In this document: in pieces, positions 43,904 through 55,723 of the stretch
Position numbering within the stretch: the stretch's first letter is position 1
Layout: every line of letters begins with the position of its first letter
NCBI GenBank assembly: GCA_964393275.1
Contig: CAYMTA010000009.1
Coordinates: 53,544 to 117,543, forward strand
Direction of reading: 5' to 3'
Length of the DNA: 64,000 nt
Source of the DNA: an uncultured Geminicoccaceae bacterium
Lineage (GTDB): Bacteria > Pseudomonadota > Alphaproteobacteria > Geminicoccales > Geminicoccaceae
Notes under the pieces: generated by a model
Databases searched by the model: none
The model's input: the letters and a program-made list of their open reading frames with translations, nothing else
What the model was told of the DNA's origin: nothing
Position numbers and translations under genes: made by a program

Positions 43904-44631
43904 AGCGTGGCCGCCTCGACGATCAGCGGCAGCAGCGCCGGATCGGGGCCGATCGGGCCAAAATAGACACCCGCACGGCCCGTCTCGGCCAGGAGCCTCG
44001 CCACATCGCTCGCCCCGTGCTGGCCGGCGTCGGTGAGGAACCCCACGGCAGCGATGAAGGGCGCCTCGAACCGTGCGGCGGCTTCGGCCACGGCGGGCGC
44101 CTCGTCGAGAAAGGCCACGCCCACCTCGGCGAAGAGCCCCAGATCGAGAATCGCCGCGGCATGGCGTTTTGCCGTCAAGGCCGAATCCGGATGCCGCGTG
44201 GTGCCGTGGCCGACCAGCAGCAGTGCCGTCTCGGCCGGCCCCTGGCCGTGGGCGGCGAGGCCCTTGAGCGCTCGTGCCACCAGGAGATCGGCCAGCCCCT
44301 CATGGGCACCCAAGGCAGGTGCCAACCGGGCGCCGGGCCGAGACGCCCTGAGCCGCTCCTCCAGCACCCGCAGCGTGTAGCCTTCGGCCATCATGAAGGG
44401 CAGCACGGTCAAGGGACCGGGCGGCATGCCGGCGAGCACCGTCTCGAGCCGCGGCGTGCCGAAGAGCGCGCAGGCCTCGACCTTGGCGAAAAGCCCCTGC
44501 CGCCGCAGCACGCCCGCATGCCGGGCCGCCGCCCCGGCCACGCCACGCGCCCCGTGGGCGCAGAGCACCAGCGCCGGCCCGATTGCCGGGGCCCGCTCAG
44601 TCGCCGGCAGTGGCGAGACGATTGTGGACAT
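43900..44631 (-). CDS. CbiX/SirB-type sirohydrochlorin chelatase
   Basis: Two-lobed, about 240 aa. LVLCAHGARG and LLLVGHGTTRH motifs. Terminal gene of the nir/heme d1 string. Confidence 0.7.
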   Translation of the reverse strand: MSTIVSPLPATERAPAIGPALVLCAHGARGVAGAAARHAGVLRRQGLFAKVEACALFGTPRLETVLAGMPPGPLTVLPFMMAEGYTLRVLEERLRASRPGARLAPALGAHEGLADLLVARALKGLAAHGQGPAETALLLVGHGTTRHPDSALTAKRHAAAILDLGLFAEVGVAFLDEAPAVAEAAARFEAPFIAAVGFLTDAGQHGASDVARLLAETGRAGVYFGPIGPDPALLPLIVEAATL

Positions 44632-46135
44632 TGTACTTGCCTACCGGGTTGCGCATCGGGATGCGCTTGACCTCTTCCAGCGTATGGGCGTCGTAGACCA
44701 CCACCGCACCATCGTCCGCCCACACACTGACCAGCGCGTAGCGGCCGTCCTTGGTGAACTCGACATGGCCGGCGGTGGTGCCGGGACTCGGCCGGATGGT
44801 CCTCACGAGCTCGAGCGTGCGCGTGTCCAGCACCTGCACCGCATCGGCGTCGGGGCCGAAGAAGACATCGACCCAGGCATAGGGTGTCGCCGGATGGGCG
44901 CGGAGAAAAAAGCCGGGACCAAGGGTCTCGATCTCCTTGACCACCTCGAGCTTCTCGACGTCGATGACGCTGACCGCCGCGTCGCGCAGATGCGGTGTTG
45001 CCATGACCTGCCGTCCCTGCCACTCGAAAGCCGCGGCCGAGCCCAGATGCGGCATCCCCGGCAGTGGCAGCTCGGCGATCTCGCGGCCGACATCGAGCTG
45101 GATGGCCACCACATGGTCGCCGCTGCGGGCCGACCCCAGAAGCACGCGATAGTCGGGGGTGAAGAAGAAATCGTCGACCGGCTCGTCCAGGAGAATGCGG
45201 CGAACCGGGAAGGGGTCGGAGGAATCCACGACCTCCTCCATCCCGCTCTCGTTGCTGTGGGCGAGCCCGCTGACCTTGACGGCCCTCGGGCCGATCGGGA
45301 TCTCCCAGATCTCGGCCACGTCCTTCAAGGCGACGATGAAGCTCTGGCGCGGCGGGGCGGCGTAGACAGCACTCACCCTGGAGCCGGTGCCCCGGATGTC
45401 GGCGACCGGGATCACGGCGAGCGGCCGGAGGTCCTCCGCATCGAGCACGACGAGGCTGTTGGGCAGGTAGTTGCCGACGAGGACGAAGCGGCCATCGTGC
45501 GAAAGGGCCAGATTGCGCGTGTTGATCCCCGCCCTGACCTTGGCGAGCTTCTGCAGCCCCCACATGTCCACCTTCTCGATCCAGCCGTCGCGCGAGGCGA
45601 GGTAGACGAAGCGGCCCTCCGGGCTGAACTTGGGGCCGCCATGCAGCGCGAAGGCGGTGGGCAGGCGACGCAAGGGCTCGAAGCTGTCGCCATCCAGGAT
45701 GGTGATGTGGTGATCGCCGGTCTCGACCACGACGAAGAGGTTCATCGGATCGCCGTCGAAAACCGGCGCCTCGGCCGGAACGGCGCCGGTCATCTCGTGC
45801 GACGCCGAGATCTCCGCCATGCCCCAGGTCGGCACTGTCGCAGGGGGCGTGTAGACGAGGGCCACCAGGGCCTCGATCTCCGCCTCGTCCAGCACGTGCT
45901 CGAAGGCTGGCATCTGCGTCTGCCCCCGGCCGCTTCGAATGACCTCCGCCGCCGCCTTGGGCTTCAGCCGGCCGAGATTGTCCGGCAGGAGGGCCGGCCC
46001 CGTGCCGCCGAGCCGTGCCTCGCCATGGCATTCCGCGCAATTCTCCGCATAGAGCGCGTCGCCGTCCGGCGCGGCCTGGGCCATGCCCGCCCAGCCGAGG
46101 GCCAGAGCCAGGAGCGCTGCCCTATTCCGCGGCAT
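44597..46135 (-). CDS. nirN: NirN (cytochrome c + d1-type beta-propeller; dihydro-heme d1 dehydrogenase)
   Basis: Internal ATG followed by a signal peptide. CAECH heme c motif followed by a cd1-type propeller. Positioned after nirJ. Confidence 0.85.
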   Translation of the reverse strand: MPRNRAALLALALGWAGMAQAAPDGDALYAENCAECHGEARLGGTGPALLPDNLGRLKPKAAAEVIRSGRGQTQMPAFEHVLDEAEIEALVALVYTPPATVPTWGMAEISASHEMTGAVPAEAPVFDGDPMNLFVVVETGDHHITILDGDSFEPLRRLPTAFALHGGPKFSPEGRFVYLASRDGWIEKVDMWGLQKLAKVRAGINTRNLALSHDGRFVLVGNYLPNSLVVLDAEDLRPLAVIPVADIRGTGSRVSAVYAAPPRQSFIVALKDVAEIWEIPIGPRAVKVSGLAHSNESGMEEVVDSSDPFPVRRILLDEPVDDFFFTPDYRVLLGSARSGDHVVAIQLDVGREIAELPLPGMPHLGSAAAFEWQGRQVMATPHLRDAAVSVIDVEKLEVVKEIETLGPGFFLRAHPATPYAWVDVFFGPDADAVQVLDTRTLELVRTIRPSPGTTAGHVEFTKDGRYALVSVWADDGAVVVYDAHTLEEVKRIPMRNPVGKYNVHNRLATAGD

Positions 46136-47309
46136 GGGCGGGCTCACGGCTCGCGGCTCGACCGGCTGCGAGCCCGATCTCGGCGTCGGTGAGATAGCAG
46201 CCGGGATCGGCCGCCCAGGGATCGTCCAGCGTGCGGGCCGCCCGGACCCGGGTGTTGCCGTTGCAGATCTGAAGGTAGTGGCAGGCACCGCAGCGCCCGG
46301 TGACCGGCCGGGGCCGCTCCTTGAGCCCGGCGAAGACGGGATCGGTGGACGTGTCGGTCCAGATCTCGCTGAACGGCCGCTCCCTGACATTGCCGAGCTT
46401 GTGGTGCCACCAGTAGGTGTCCGGATGGACGAAGCCTCGATTGTCGATATTGGCGACATTCACGCCGGACGCATTGCCGCCCCAGCGCTCGAGCAGGGCC
46501 TGGATATGGGCGGCCTTGGCCGGGAAGTGGCGGCGCACCCAGTGCAGAAGGAAGACGCCGTCGGCGTCGTTGTTGCCGGTGACGAACTCGGTGTTCCTGC
46601 CCTCGTTCAGGTGGCGAAGGCAGGTCTCGAAGATCAGCTCGAGAGCATCCCGGGTCATGACGTCCTGCGCGTCCTCGCCTCTGACCTTGAATCCGCGCCC
46701 GCCGTAATTCAGGTGCGAGAGGTAGAACTTGTCGATGCCGCGCTGGTCGATGAGATCGAGGATGGTCGAGAGCTCGGCCGCGTTGTCGCGGGTCAGCGTG
46801 AAGCGGAGCCCGACCTTGATGCCGATCGCCTGGCAGTGCTCGACGCCACGCATCGCGGCCTTGAAGGCGCCGGGCTCGCCCCGGAGATGGTCATGGGTCG
46901 GCTCGGTGCCGTCGAGGCTGATGCCGACATAGTTGTAATCGAGCTCGGCGATCCGGCCGATATTCGTCTCGTCGATCTGCGTGCCGTTGGTCGACAGCGC
47001 CACGTAGAAGCCCAGCCGCTTGGCCTCGGCCGAGATCTCGAAGATGTCCGGGCGGAGCAAAGGCTCGCCGCCGGAGAGAATCAGCGCCGGCACGCGAAAG
47101 CGGCGCAGATCCTCCATCACCGTCACGACCTCCTCGGTCGAGAGCTCACCCGAATAGGCGACATTGGCCGAGCCCGAGTAGCAGAAGCGGCAACGCAGGT
47201 TGCAGCGGCGCGTCAGGTTCCAGATGACCACGGGCCCAGGCGGTTGGCGCGCCGGGCCGATGCGGCTCGGGTTGACGACCTCGCGCATGAAATTGGTGAT
47301 CCGGAACAT
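46122..47309 (-). CDS. nirJ: Radical SAM heme d1 biosynthesis protein NirJ
   Basis: NLTRRCNLRCRFC (CxxxCxxC) with a SPASM-like C-terminus. GGGAGA RBS. Confidence 0.9.
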   Translation of the reverse strand: MFRITNFMREVVNPSRIGPARQPPGPVVIWNLTRRCNLRCRFCYSGSANVAYSGELSTEEVVTVMEDLRRFRVPALILSGGEPLLRPDIFEISAEAKRLGFYVALSTNGTQIDETNIGRIAELDYNYVGISLDGTEPTHDHLRGEPGAFKAAMRGVEHCQAIGIKVGLRFTLTRDNAAELSTILDLIDQRGIDKFYLSHLNYGGRGFKVRGEDAQDVMTRDALELIFETCLRHLNEGRNTEFVTGNNDADGVFLLHWVRRHFPAKAAHIQALLERWGGNASGVNVANIDNRGFVHPDTYWWHHKLGNVRERPFSEIWTDTSTDPVFAGLKERPRPVTGRCGACHYLQICNGNTRVRAARTLDDPWAADPGCYLTDAEIGLAAGRAASREPAHAAE

Positions 47310-47335
47310 GGGCGTCTCCCGTTGCTTCTCGACTG

Positions 47336-47836
47336 CTACCGGGCGAGCCGGAGCCCGGTCTTCTTGAGGATGCGGCGGCTGTAGAGGATCGTCCCGCCGT
47401 GACAGGCGGAGCCCAGGCGGCTCCTGATCTGCCGTACCTTGGCCTCGACCGCGGGGCGTGTCTTGGCGTGGACCATGGCGAAGAGATTGTAGGGCCAAAG
47501 CGGCGGATGGCGAGGCCGGCGGTAGCAGTGGGTGACGAACTCGAAAGCGCCGATGATCGGCCCGAGCTCGGCCACCATGTCGTCGTCGACATCGAAGACC
47601 GCCATGCCGTTGGCCCGATAGCCCAGCGCATAGTGGTTCGGCACGGCGCCGATGCGACGGATGGCACCGCGCGCCAGCATGGCCTCGAGCGTGGCGATGA
47701 CCGTTGCCTCGTCGGTGCTGAGCTCGGCGGCGACCGCGGCATAAGGTTCGGCGACTAGCGGCAGCCCGGTGCCGATCGCCTTCACGAGCCGGCGCTCGAG
47801 CTCGTCAGCGGGGCCGGTCCCTCCCCCGGCCTTCAT
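47336..47836 (-). CDS. nirH: Siroheme decarboxylase subunit NirH
   Basis: AsnC-like NirDLGH family (WPYNLFAMVH). ATGA overlap with nirG. Confidence 0.85.
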   Translation of the reverse strand: MKAGGGTGPADELERRLVKAIGTGLPLVAEPYAAVAAELSTDEATVIATLEAMLARGAIRRIGAVPNHYALGYRANGMAVFDVDDDMVAELGPIIGAFEFVTHCYRRPRHPPLWPYNLFAMVHAKTRPAVEAKVRQIRSRLGSACHGGTILYSRRILKKTGLRLAR

Positions 47837-48276
47837 GGCTGGAGCCTCAGGCCGATGAAATATTCCTCGAGCTTCGGCATCGAAAGAACCTCGATGCCGG
47901 TCTCCGCCGCGATCTCGTCCAGCACCGCCAGGGCCCGCTCCGGCGTCTCGGCCGCCACCACGAACCACATGTTCAAGAGATGCTCGCGCTCGTAGTTGTG
48001 GGCCACCTCGACATGGGCGTTGACCAGCTCGGTCACCCGGTCGAACGCGTCCTCCGGCACTGCCATGGCCGCCAGGATGTAGGTGCCGCCCATGGCCTCG
48101 ACATTGAAGAGGGGACCGAAGCGGCTGAGCACGCCGGTCTCCAGGAGCCGCCCCAGGCGACGGATCAGCTCGCCCTCGTCGAGCCCCAGTGCCCGGGCGG
48201 CCTCTTCGTAGGGACGCGGGCTCAGGGGAAAACCGCCCTGCAGCCCGGCCACAATGCGTCGGTCCGTGGCATCCAT
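47833..48276 (-). CDS. nirG: Siroheme decarboxylase subunit NirG
   Basis: NirDLGH family (VAHNYEREHLLNMWFVV). Confidence 0.85.
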   Translation of the reverse strand: MDATDRRIVAGLQGGFPLSPRPYEEAARALGLDEGELIRRLGRLLETGVLSRFGPLFNVEAMGGTYILAAMAVPEDAFDRVTELVNAHVEVAHNYEREHLLNMWFVVAAETPERALAVLDEIAAETGIEVLSMPKLEEYFIGLRLQP

Positions 48277-48764
48277 CAGGCGGCCTCCGCACGATAGCGC
48301 GCACCGCGCTGCTTGAAGCGTCGTGTGCTGAACAGCACGGCATGCGGCAGATCGGCGAGCCCGTGCTCCGTCAGAAGCTGGTCGATGCGAGCGAGCACCG
48401 CGCTTCGCTCGCGGCCGTGCACCATGGCGAAGAGATTGTAGGGCCAGTCCGGCAGGCGGCGCGGCCGGCGGTAGCAGAGGGTCACGTCCGCCGCCCGGGT
48501 CAGCCGCCCGCCGACCGCGTCGACCACCTCGTCCGGCACGTCGATCACCGTCATCGCATTGGCCCGGTAGCCTATCTCGTGATGCCGCACGACGAGGCCG
48601 AGCCGCTTGACCACGCCGGCTGCCTGCAGGGCGGCGAGCCGCTCGATCACCTCGCCCTCGCCGAGGCCGGCGCGCTCGCCGAGGGCGGCATAGGGATGCG
48701 CCACGAGCGGCAGCCCGCCCTCGAGCGCCTCGAGCAGGCGATGATCTTCTGGCGTCAGCTCCAT
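48276..48764 (-). CDS. nirL: Siroheme decarboxylase subunit NirL
   Basis: NirDLGH family (WPYNLFAMVH). Confidence 0.85.
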   Translation of the reverse strand: MELTPEDHRLLEALEGGLPLVAHPYAALGERAGLGEGEVIERLAALQAAGVVKRLGLVVRHHEIGYRANAMTVIDVPDEVVDAVGGRLTRAADVTLCYRRPRRLPDWPYNLFAMVHGRERSAVLARIDQLLTEHGLADLPHAVLFSTRRFKQRGARYRAEAA

Positions 48765-49228
48765 GACGGCTTGAACCCGAGATCGATGCCGTAGGCGTGC
48801 TCGAGCGGCAGGTCGAGCACCTCGAGCCCGCTTTCCAGGGCAATTCCGGCCAACACCTCCGCCACCCGTTCAGGGCTCCCCGCCGTGACCACGAACCAGA
48901 GATTGAGCCGGTGCTCGCGCGCGTAGTTGTGGTTGACCTCCGGACGGGCGCTCACCAGCGCCGCCACCGCCTCGAGCCGCTTCTCGGGCACCGCCATGGC
49001 GGCGAGCGTGCTCCAGCCGGTGCGGTGCGGAGCGATCACCGCCCCGACGCGGCTGAGCACACCCCGCTCCTGGAGCCGGGCGAGCCGGTCGAGCACAACC
49101 TCCCCGCTCACCCCGAGCCTTCGCCCCATGGCCGCATAGGGCTCCGGACAGAGCGGCAGGTCGCGCTGGAAATCCTCGATCAGCCGGCGGTCGAGAGCGT
49201 CGAGCGGCACTTCCTGGATGTCGATCAC
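48755..49228 (-). CDS. nirD: Siroheme decarboxylase subunit NirD
   Basis: NirDLGH family (VNHNYAREHRLNLWFVV). Confidence 0.85.
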   Translation of the reverse strand: MIDIQEVPLDALDRRLIEDFQRDLPLCPEPYAAMGRRLGVSGEVVLDRLARLQERGVLSRVGAVIAPHRTGWSTLAAMAVPEKRLEAVAALVSARPEVNHNYAREHRLNLWFVVTAGSPERVAEVLAGIALESGLEVLDLPLEHAYGIDLGFKPSWS

Positions 49229-49230
49229 GG

Positions 49231-50415
49231 TCAGTAGCCGAGCCGGTGCGCGCGGGCGGTGAAGAAGATGCCGCTCGGTGCCTCGGCCTCGATCGATCCC
49301 ACCGTCTCGAAGGTCTCCGTGTCGACGATATCGACGCGATTGGCGTCGCGCACCGAGATCCAGACCTCCTCCCCCTTGGGCGTGAACTCCATGTGCAGGA
49401 CGCCGGGACCGGGTCGCAATTCCTTGACGATCCTGTCGGTCGGCACGTCGATCACCTGGACGACATCGTTGTCGGGATGGGCGAAATTGACCCAGACCTG
49501 CCGGCCGTCCGGGCGGGCGATGGCGAAGACCGGCTGGCCGTGAACCTGGATGCGGTCGATCTCCTCGAGGCTCGCCCGATCCACCACCAAAAGCTCGTGC
49601 CGGCCGATGGCGGGCAAGAAGAGCCGGTCGCCGGCGACGCTCCAGCCTTCGAGGTGCGGCATCTTGTAGACCGGCAGGGGTGCCTCGCCCTTGCCGTAGC
49701 CACCGAGGATGCGGCGGGGTGCCGGGTCTTCGTCCCAGAGGTCGAGCGCGACCAGGCCGTCCTCGCCGAAGAGCCCGGTGATGTAGGTGCGTCCGTCCGG
49801 CGTGAGCAGCGCGTCGTAGGGCAGCTTGCCCACATCGGCGAACCGCTCGACCTCCGGCTCCGCGCCATCCTCGAGCCCGACCGTCCAGATCGCACCGGCA
49901 TCGTAGAGGGCGAAGATGAAGCGGTTGTCCGCCAGCTCCTCGATCCCGACAACCTTCGAGCGGGCGCCATCGGCCCCGTAGGTCGAGGGCACCTCGGCGA
50001 TGGGCGAGAGATCGTCGGTGCTGAAGAAGCGCACCCCACCCGGCTCGTAGTTGGCGACGGCGACGATGCGGCCGTCCTGCGAGATGGCGCCGCCGATGCT
50101 GTTGCCGGCCTGGATGATCCGTGCCGCGATCTCGCCGGTCAAAAGGTCGACCTTGCTGAGCCCGCCATCCCGGCCGAAGATGAAGGCGTAGCGGCCATCG
50201 CGCGAGAAGACGACGGAGGCATGGCTCAGATCGCCCAGCCCCTCCACCCGGTCGATTGCCCGCTTCTCCGTCGTGTCGACGATCAGGATCGATCCCGAGG
50301 CTCGCTCGACGACGACGCCGAGATCGCCGGTCCCCCGCAAGGGCGGGCTCGTGGCGCAGGCGGCGAGACCCATGGCGAAGGCCAGAGCTGCGAAGGTCCG
50401 TCGCTCAAGGCGCAT
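49231..50415 (-). CDS. nirF: Heme d1 biosynthesis protein NirF (d1-type propeller, lipobox LAAC)
   Basis: cd1-propeller homologue without a heme c domain, positioned between nirC and nirD. Confidence 0.88.
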   Translation of the reverse strand: MRLERRTFAALAFAMGLAACATSPPLRGTGDLGVVVERASGSILIVDTTEKRAIDRVEGLGDLSHASVVFSRDGRYAFIFGRDGGLSKVDLLTGEIAARIIQAGNSIGGAISQDGRIVAVANYEPGGVRFFSTDDLSPIAEVPSTYGADGARSKVVGIEELADNRFIFALYDAGAIWTVGLEDGAEPEVERFADVGKLPYDALLTPDGRTYITGLFGEDGLVALDLWDEDPAPRRILGGYGKGEAPLPVYKMPHLEGWSVAGDRLFLPAIGRHELLVVDRASLEEIDRIQVHGQPVFAIARPDGRQVWVNFAHPDNDVVQVIDVPTDRIVKELRPGPGVLHMEFTPKGEEVWISVRDANRVDIVDTETFETVGSIEAEAPSGIFFTARAHRLGY

Positions 50416-50746
50416 CGTCGATCCCCTCCTGCAGGCGACCGACCAGCCAGATCACCTCGTCCTCGGGCAAAAGCCCCCGCCAGGGCGGCATCGGCCGGCC
50501 CGGCACCCCGTCCAGGATGATGTGGACGAGACTTTCGCCGGGCTGGCCATCGAGCGCCTCGGGCAGGAGCGGCGGCCCGAGCCCGCCCTTCAGCGTGAGG
50601 CCGTGGCAGGAGCCGCAATCGTGGCGCAAGAGGTGGATGAGCTCGCCCTGCCGCTGAGCGGACGGCTCGGCGGCGGCGGCGAGGCCGGCCAGGGCCGCGA
50701 TCCCGAGGCCGAGCGCCAGGCGCTCAGCCCAGATGCCGGCGGGCAT
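50405..50746 (-). CDS. nirC: Cytochrome c55X NirC
   Basis: Small signal-peptide protein with CGSCH, positioned between nirE and nirF. Confidence 0.8.
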   Translation of the reverse strand: MPAGIWAERLALGLGIAALAGLAAAAEPSAQRQGELIHLLRHDCGSCHGLTLKGGLGPPLLPEALDGQPGESLVHIILDGVPGRPMPPWRGLLPEDEVIWLVGRLQEGIDDAP

Positions 50747-51527
50747 CCGCCTCCTCCTGCAAGGTGTCATCGGCACGACTGGTCGAGCCGGCCGCCAGGA
50801 TGTCGCCGAGGGCCACGACCGCACCCACCGCGACCAGCACCGGGGCCGCGAGCCCGGCGGCCGCCACGGCCTCCGGCAGGTTGGCCAGCGTCGCCCGGCA
50901 GACCTGCTCACCGGGCTGGGTGCCGGATGCCACGGCCACGGAAGGGGTCGAGGGGTCGAGGCCGGCGCCGATCAGCCCGTCCCTGAACCGACCGAGGCTG
51001 GCGAGCGCCATGTAGACGACGAGCGTGGTCTTGGGGTCGGCCAGGGCCGCCCAGTCGATATCGAGCTCGCCCACCTCGCAGCTGTGACCGGTGATCAGGC
51101 GCACCCCGGTCGCCATGCCGCGATGGGTCAAAGGAATGCCGGCGGCGGCGAGAACGCCCGAGGCCGCGGTGATGCCGGGCACCACCTCGAACGGGATGCC
51201 GTGCGCCACGAGGTGCAAGGCCTCCTCGCCACCTCGGCCGAAAACGTAAGGGTCGCCGCCCTTGAGCCGCACCACCCGCCGGCCGGAGCGGGCCAGACGG
51301 ACGAGCAGCGCGTTGATGGAATCCTGCGAGAGCAGGTGCTCGCCCGCCGCCTTGCCGGCACAGATCCGCTGCACGCCGGCCGGCACGAGCGCCAGGATTT
51401 CGGCCGAGACGAGCCGGTCGTAGACGACCACGTCGGCCGTCTCCAGATGGCGGAGCGCCTTGAGCGTCAGGAGCTCCGGGTCACCCGGTCCGGCGCCGAC
51501 CAGGGCGACTGAGGCTTTCTCGGGCAT
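50724..51527 (-). CDS. nirE: Uroporphyrinogen-III C-methyltransferase NirE
   Basis: VGAGPGDPELLTLKA, LKGGDPYVFGRGGEE, VVPGITAA. Confidence 0.9.
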   Translation of the reverse strand: MPEKASVALVGAGPGDPELLTLKALRHLETADVVVYDRLVSAEILALVPAGVQRICAGKAAGEHLLSQDSINALLVRLARSGRRVVRLKGGDPYVFGRGGEEALHLVAHGIPFEVVPGITAASGVLAAAGIPLTHRGMATGVRLITGHSCEVGELDIDWAALADPKTTLVVYMALASLGRFRDGLIGAGLDPSTPSVAVASGTQPGEQVCRATLANLPEAVAAAGLAAPVLVAVGAVVALGDILAAGSTSRADDTLQEEADARRHLG

Positions 51528-51597
51528 GCCAGAGGCTCCGCCGGACAAAACGAGCCGGCCGGAGCGGCGGCAGAAGCACCACCGCTCCGGCAATTGA

Positions 51598-53436
<1,839 letters not shown>

Positions 53437-53457
53437 CTACCCGGTCGCTATCGGTCC

Positions 53458-53471
53458 TTGACCTGCGTCAA
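53458..53471. promoter_or_regulatory. FNR/NNR-type box TTGACCTGCGTCAA in the nirS-nirI divergent region
   Basis: Perfect palindrome, about 100 bp from the nirS start and about 40 bp from the nirI start. Confidence 0.75.
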
Positions 53472-53506
53472 GGAGTCGTCAGTCGAAGACACCTAGAGTC
53501 GAAGTG

Positions 53507-55723
53507 ATGCGCAAGGGACGGATCTCGGTGGCAGGAACCGCGGAATGGCAGGGTCAATGGCGGGTGCGTTCGCTCGCTCTTCTTGCGCTCGTCCTGCTCG
53601 TCTGCTGCATCGCCATCCTGGTCGGCCCGACGGGTGGCCGGGCGGCCGAGGCCCCCTCCCTGGCGCTGGCCCGGGACGTCTTTCCAGGTGCCGAGGGCAT
53701 CGGCGCCTACGCTGGCGAGCCGCCAGCAGCGGAGGTCCTGATCGGCGGCCGCCTCGCGGGCTATCTGCTCTCGACCCGAGGCGTCCTGGGCTCGGTCGGC
53801 TATAGCGGGCGGCCCTTCGATGTCGTCCTCGGGCTCGACCTCGAGGGCCACATCACCGGGGCGAAGCTCATCGCGCACAACGAGCCGGTGCTCGTCGTCG
53901 GCGTCGCTCCGGCCGACCTCGAGGCCTTCATCGCCCAGTTCCGGGGACTTCCGGTCGACGCCACGACGCACCTGCGAGGCAGCTCGGGCGAAGCCGGCGT
54001 CGACGTGATCAGCCGGGCCACCGTCTCCTCCGTCCTCTTCGCCGACGCCATCCTCCGGGCCGCCAAGGCGGTGGCGCTGAGCCGCGGCATCATCGAGCCC
54101 ACCACCCCGGCGAGCGGCCTCGATCTCGACCGCTTCGAGCCTTTGGACTGGGCAGGGCTCAACCAGGCCGGCCTCATCAGCCGTCTCCTCCTGACCAATG
54201 GCGACATCGCCAAGGCGCTGGTCGAGCGCGGCCGGCCGGAGCCGACCGAGCCCGGCTTCGACGATCCGGATGCCACCTTCGTCGATCTTTATGCCACCCT
54301 CGCCACCCCGGCCATGGTTGGCCGCAACCTCCTCGGCGAGGCGCATTATCTGGCCCTCGCCCACGCCCTCGAGCCGGGCGACCAGGCGATCATCGTCCTC
54401 GCCAGCGGGCGCTACTCCGTCAAGGGCACGGGCTTCGTCAAGAACGGCTTCTTCGACCGCCTGCAGGTGCTGCAGGGCAGCAAGGTCATCCGGCTCGAGT
54501 CCCGGGGCCATACCCGCATCGACGAGCTCGAGATCGAGGGTGCTCCCGACTTTCGCGAGATGGGCTGGTTCGTGCTGCCGGCCGCGAGCGGCTTCGACCC
54601 GCTCCAGCCCTGGAGCCTCAGGCTGGTCGTCGAGCAGAAGACGTCAGGGGGCGAGGCACTGCTCGATTTCGTCCTGCCGGTGACGGCGCCGACAGCGCTC
54701 GTCGCCCGGCCCCGCGAGGAGAAGCCGGAAGGCTGGCTCGCCAGCCTCCTCGACGCCGCCGCCGAGCCCGATGGATCGCTCGTCGTCAGCCCCGGCCTCT
54801 GGCTCGAGGTTTGGGCCGCCCGCTCGCTCGATATCGGGCTGCTGATCGTGCTGCTCGCCGTGCTCTCGGTGGCGCTGGTCTTCCAGGACGCGCTGGTGCG
54901 CCGAATAAAACTCTATCGCCGCTTCCGCGTCGGCTTTCTCGCCGTCACCCTGGTCTGGCTCGGCTTCGCCATGGGTGCCCAGCTCTCGGTCGTCAACATC
55001 CTCACCTTCTTCAACAGCCTGCTCACCGGCTTCAGTTGGCAGGTCTTCCTGATGGAGCCCTTAATCTTCATCCTCTGGTGCTATGTCGCCCTGGCGCTGC
55101 TCTTCCTCGGGCGCGGCGTCTTCTGCGGCTGGCTCTGCCCGTTCGGTGCCCTGCAGGAGCTGACCAACAAGCTCGCCCGCCTCTTCCGCGTGCCGCAGCT
55201 CGCCCTGCCCTTCGGGCTGCACGAGAAGCTGTGGCCCACCAAGTACATCATCTTCCTCGGCCTCCTCGCCCTCTCGCTCCATGCGATGAGCGCTGCCACC
55301 CTCGCCGCCGAGGTGGAGCCCTTCAAGACGTCGATCATTTTGATGTTCCTGCGCGACTGGCCCTTCGTCGTCTATGCGCTGCTGCTGCTCGGCGCCGGGC
55401 TCTTCATCGAGCGCTTCTTCTGCCGCTATGTCTGCCCGCTCGGCGCGGCGCTCGCCATCCCGGCCCGGCTCAGCACCTTCCGCTGGCTCAAGCGGCGGCC
55501 GCAATGCGGCCGCGAATGCCGGATCTGCGAAATCAAGTGCCCGGTCCAGGCGATCCACCCTTCCGGCGAGATCAACCCGAACGAGTGCATCTACTGCCTC
55601 GATTGCCAGGAGCACTACCACGACGCCTGGACCTGCCCGCCCTTGATCAAGGGCAGGAAGCGGCGCGAGGCATCCGCCGCCCTGCATGCGCCAGGGGCGG
55701 CAGCCGACGGAGCGACACCATGA
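53507..55723 (+). CDS. nirI: NosR/NirI-family membrane FMN-binding iron-sulfur regulator
   Basis: Periplasmic N-terminal domain and multiple TM segments. CPFGALQE and CRYVCPLGA motifs. C-terminal CxxCxxCxxxCP ferredoxin motifs. Confidence 0.88.
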   Translation: MRKGRISVAGTAEWQGQWRVRSLALLALVLLVCCIAILVGPTGGRAAEAPSLALARDVFPGAEGIGAYAGEPPAAEVLIGGRLAGYLLSTRGVLGSVGYSGRPFDVVLGLDLEGHITGAKLIAHNEPVLVVGVAPADLEAFIAQFRGLPVDATTHLRGSSGEAGVDVISRATVSSVLFADAILRAAKAVALSRGIIEPTTPASGLDLDRFEPLDWAGLNQAGLISRLLLTNGDIAKALVERGRPEPTEPGFDDPDATFVDLYATLATPAMVGRNLLGEAHYLALAHALEPGDQAIIVLASGRYSVKGTGFVKNGFFDRLQVLQGSKVIRLESRGHTRIDELEIEGAPDFREMGWFVLPAASGFDPLQPWSLRLVVEQKTSGGEALLDFVLPVTAPTALVARPREEKPEGWLASLLDAAAEPDGSLVVSPGLWLEVWAARSLDIGLLIVLLAVLSVALVFQDALVRRIKLYRRFRVGFLAVTLVWLGFAMGAQLSVVNILTFFNSLLTGFSWQVFLMEPLIFILWCYVALALLFLGRGVFCGWLCPFGALQELTNKLARLFRVPQLALPFGLHEKLWPTKYIIFLGLLALSLHAMSAATLAAEVEPFKTSIILMFLRDWPFVVYALLLLGAGLFIERFFCRYVCPLGAALAIPARLSTFRWLKRRPQCGRECRICEIKCPVQAIHPSGEINPNECIYCLDCQEHYHDAWTCPPLIKGRKRREASAALHAPGAAADGATP

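Noticed and set aside
44393-46192. 599-aa plus-strand ORF and 543-aa minus-strand off-frame ORF over nirN
   Set aside because: The nirN frame contains the CAECH motif and cd1-propeller blocks. The alternatives are compositionally biased junk.
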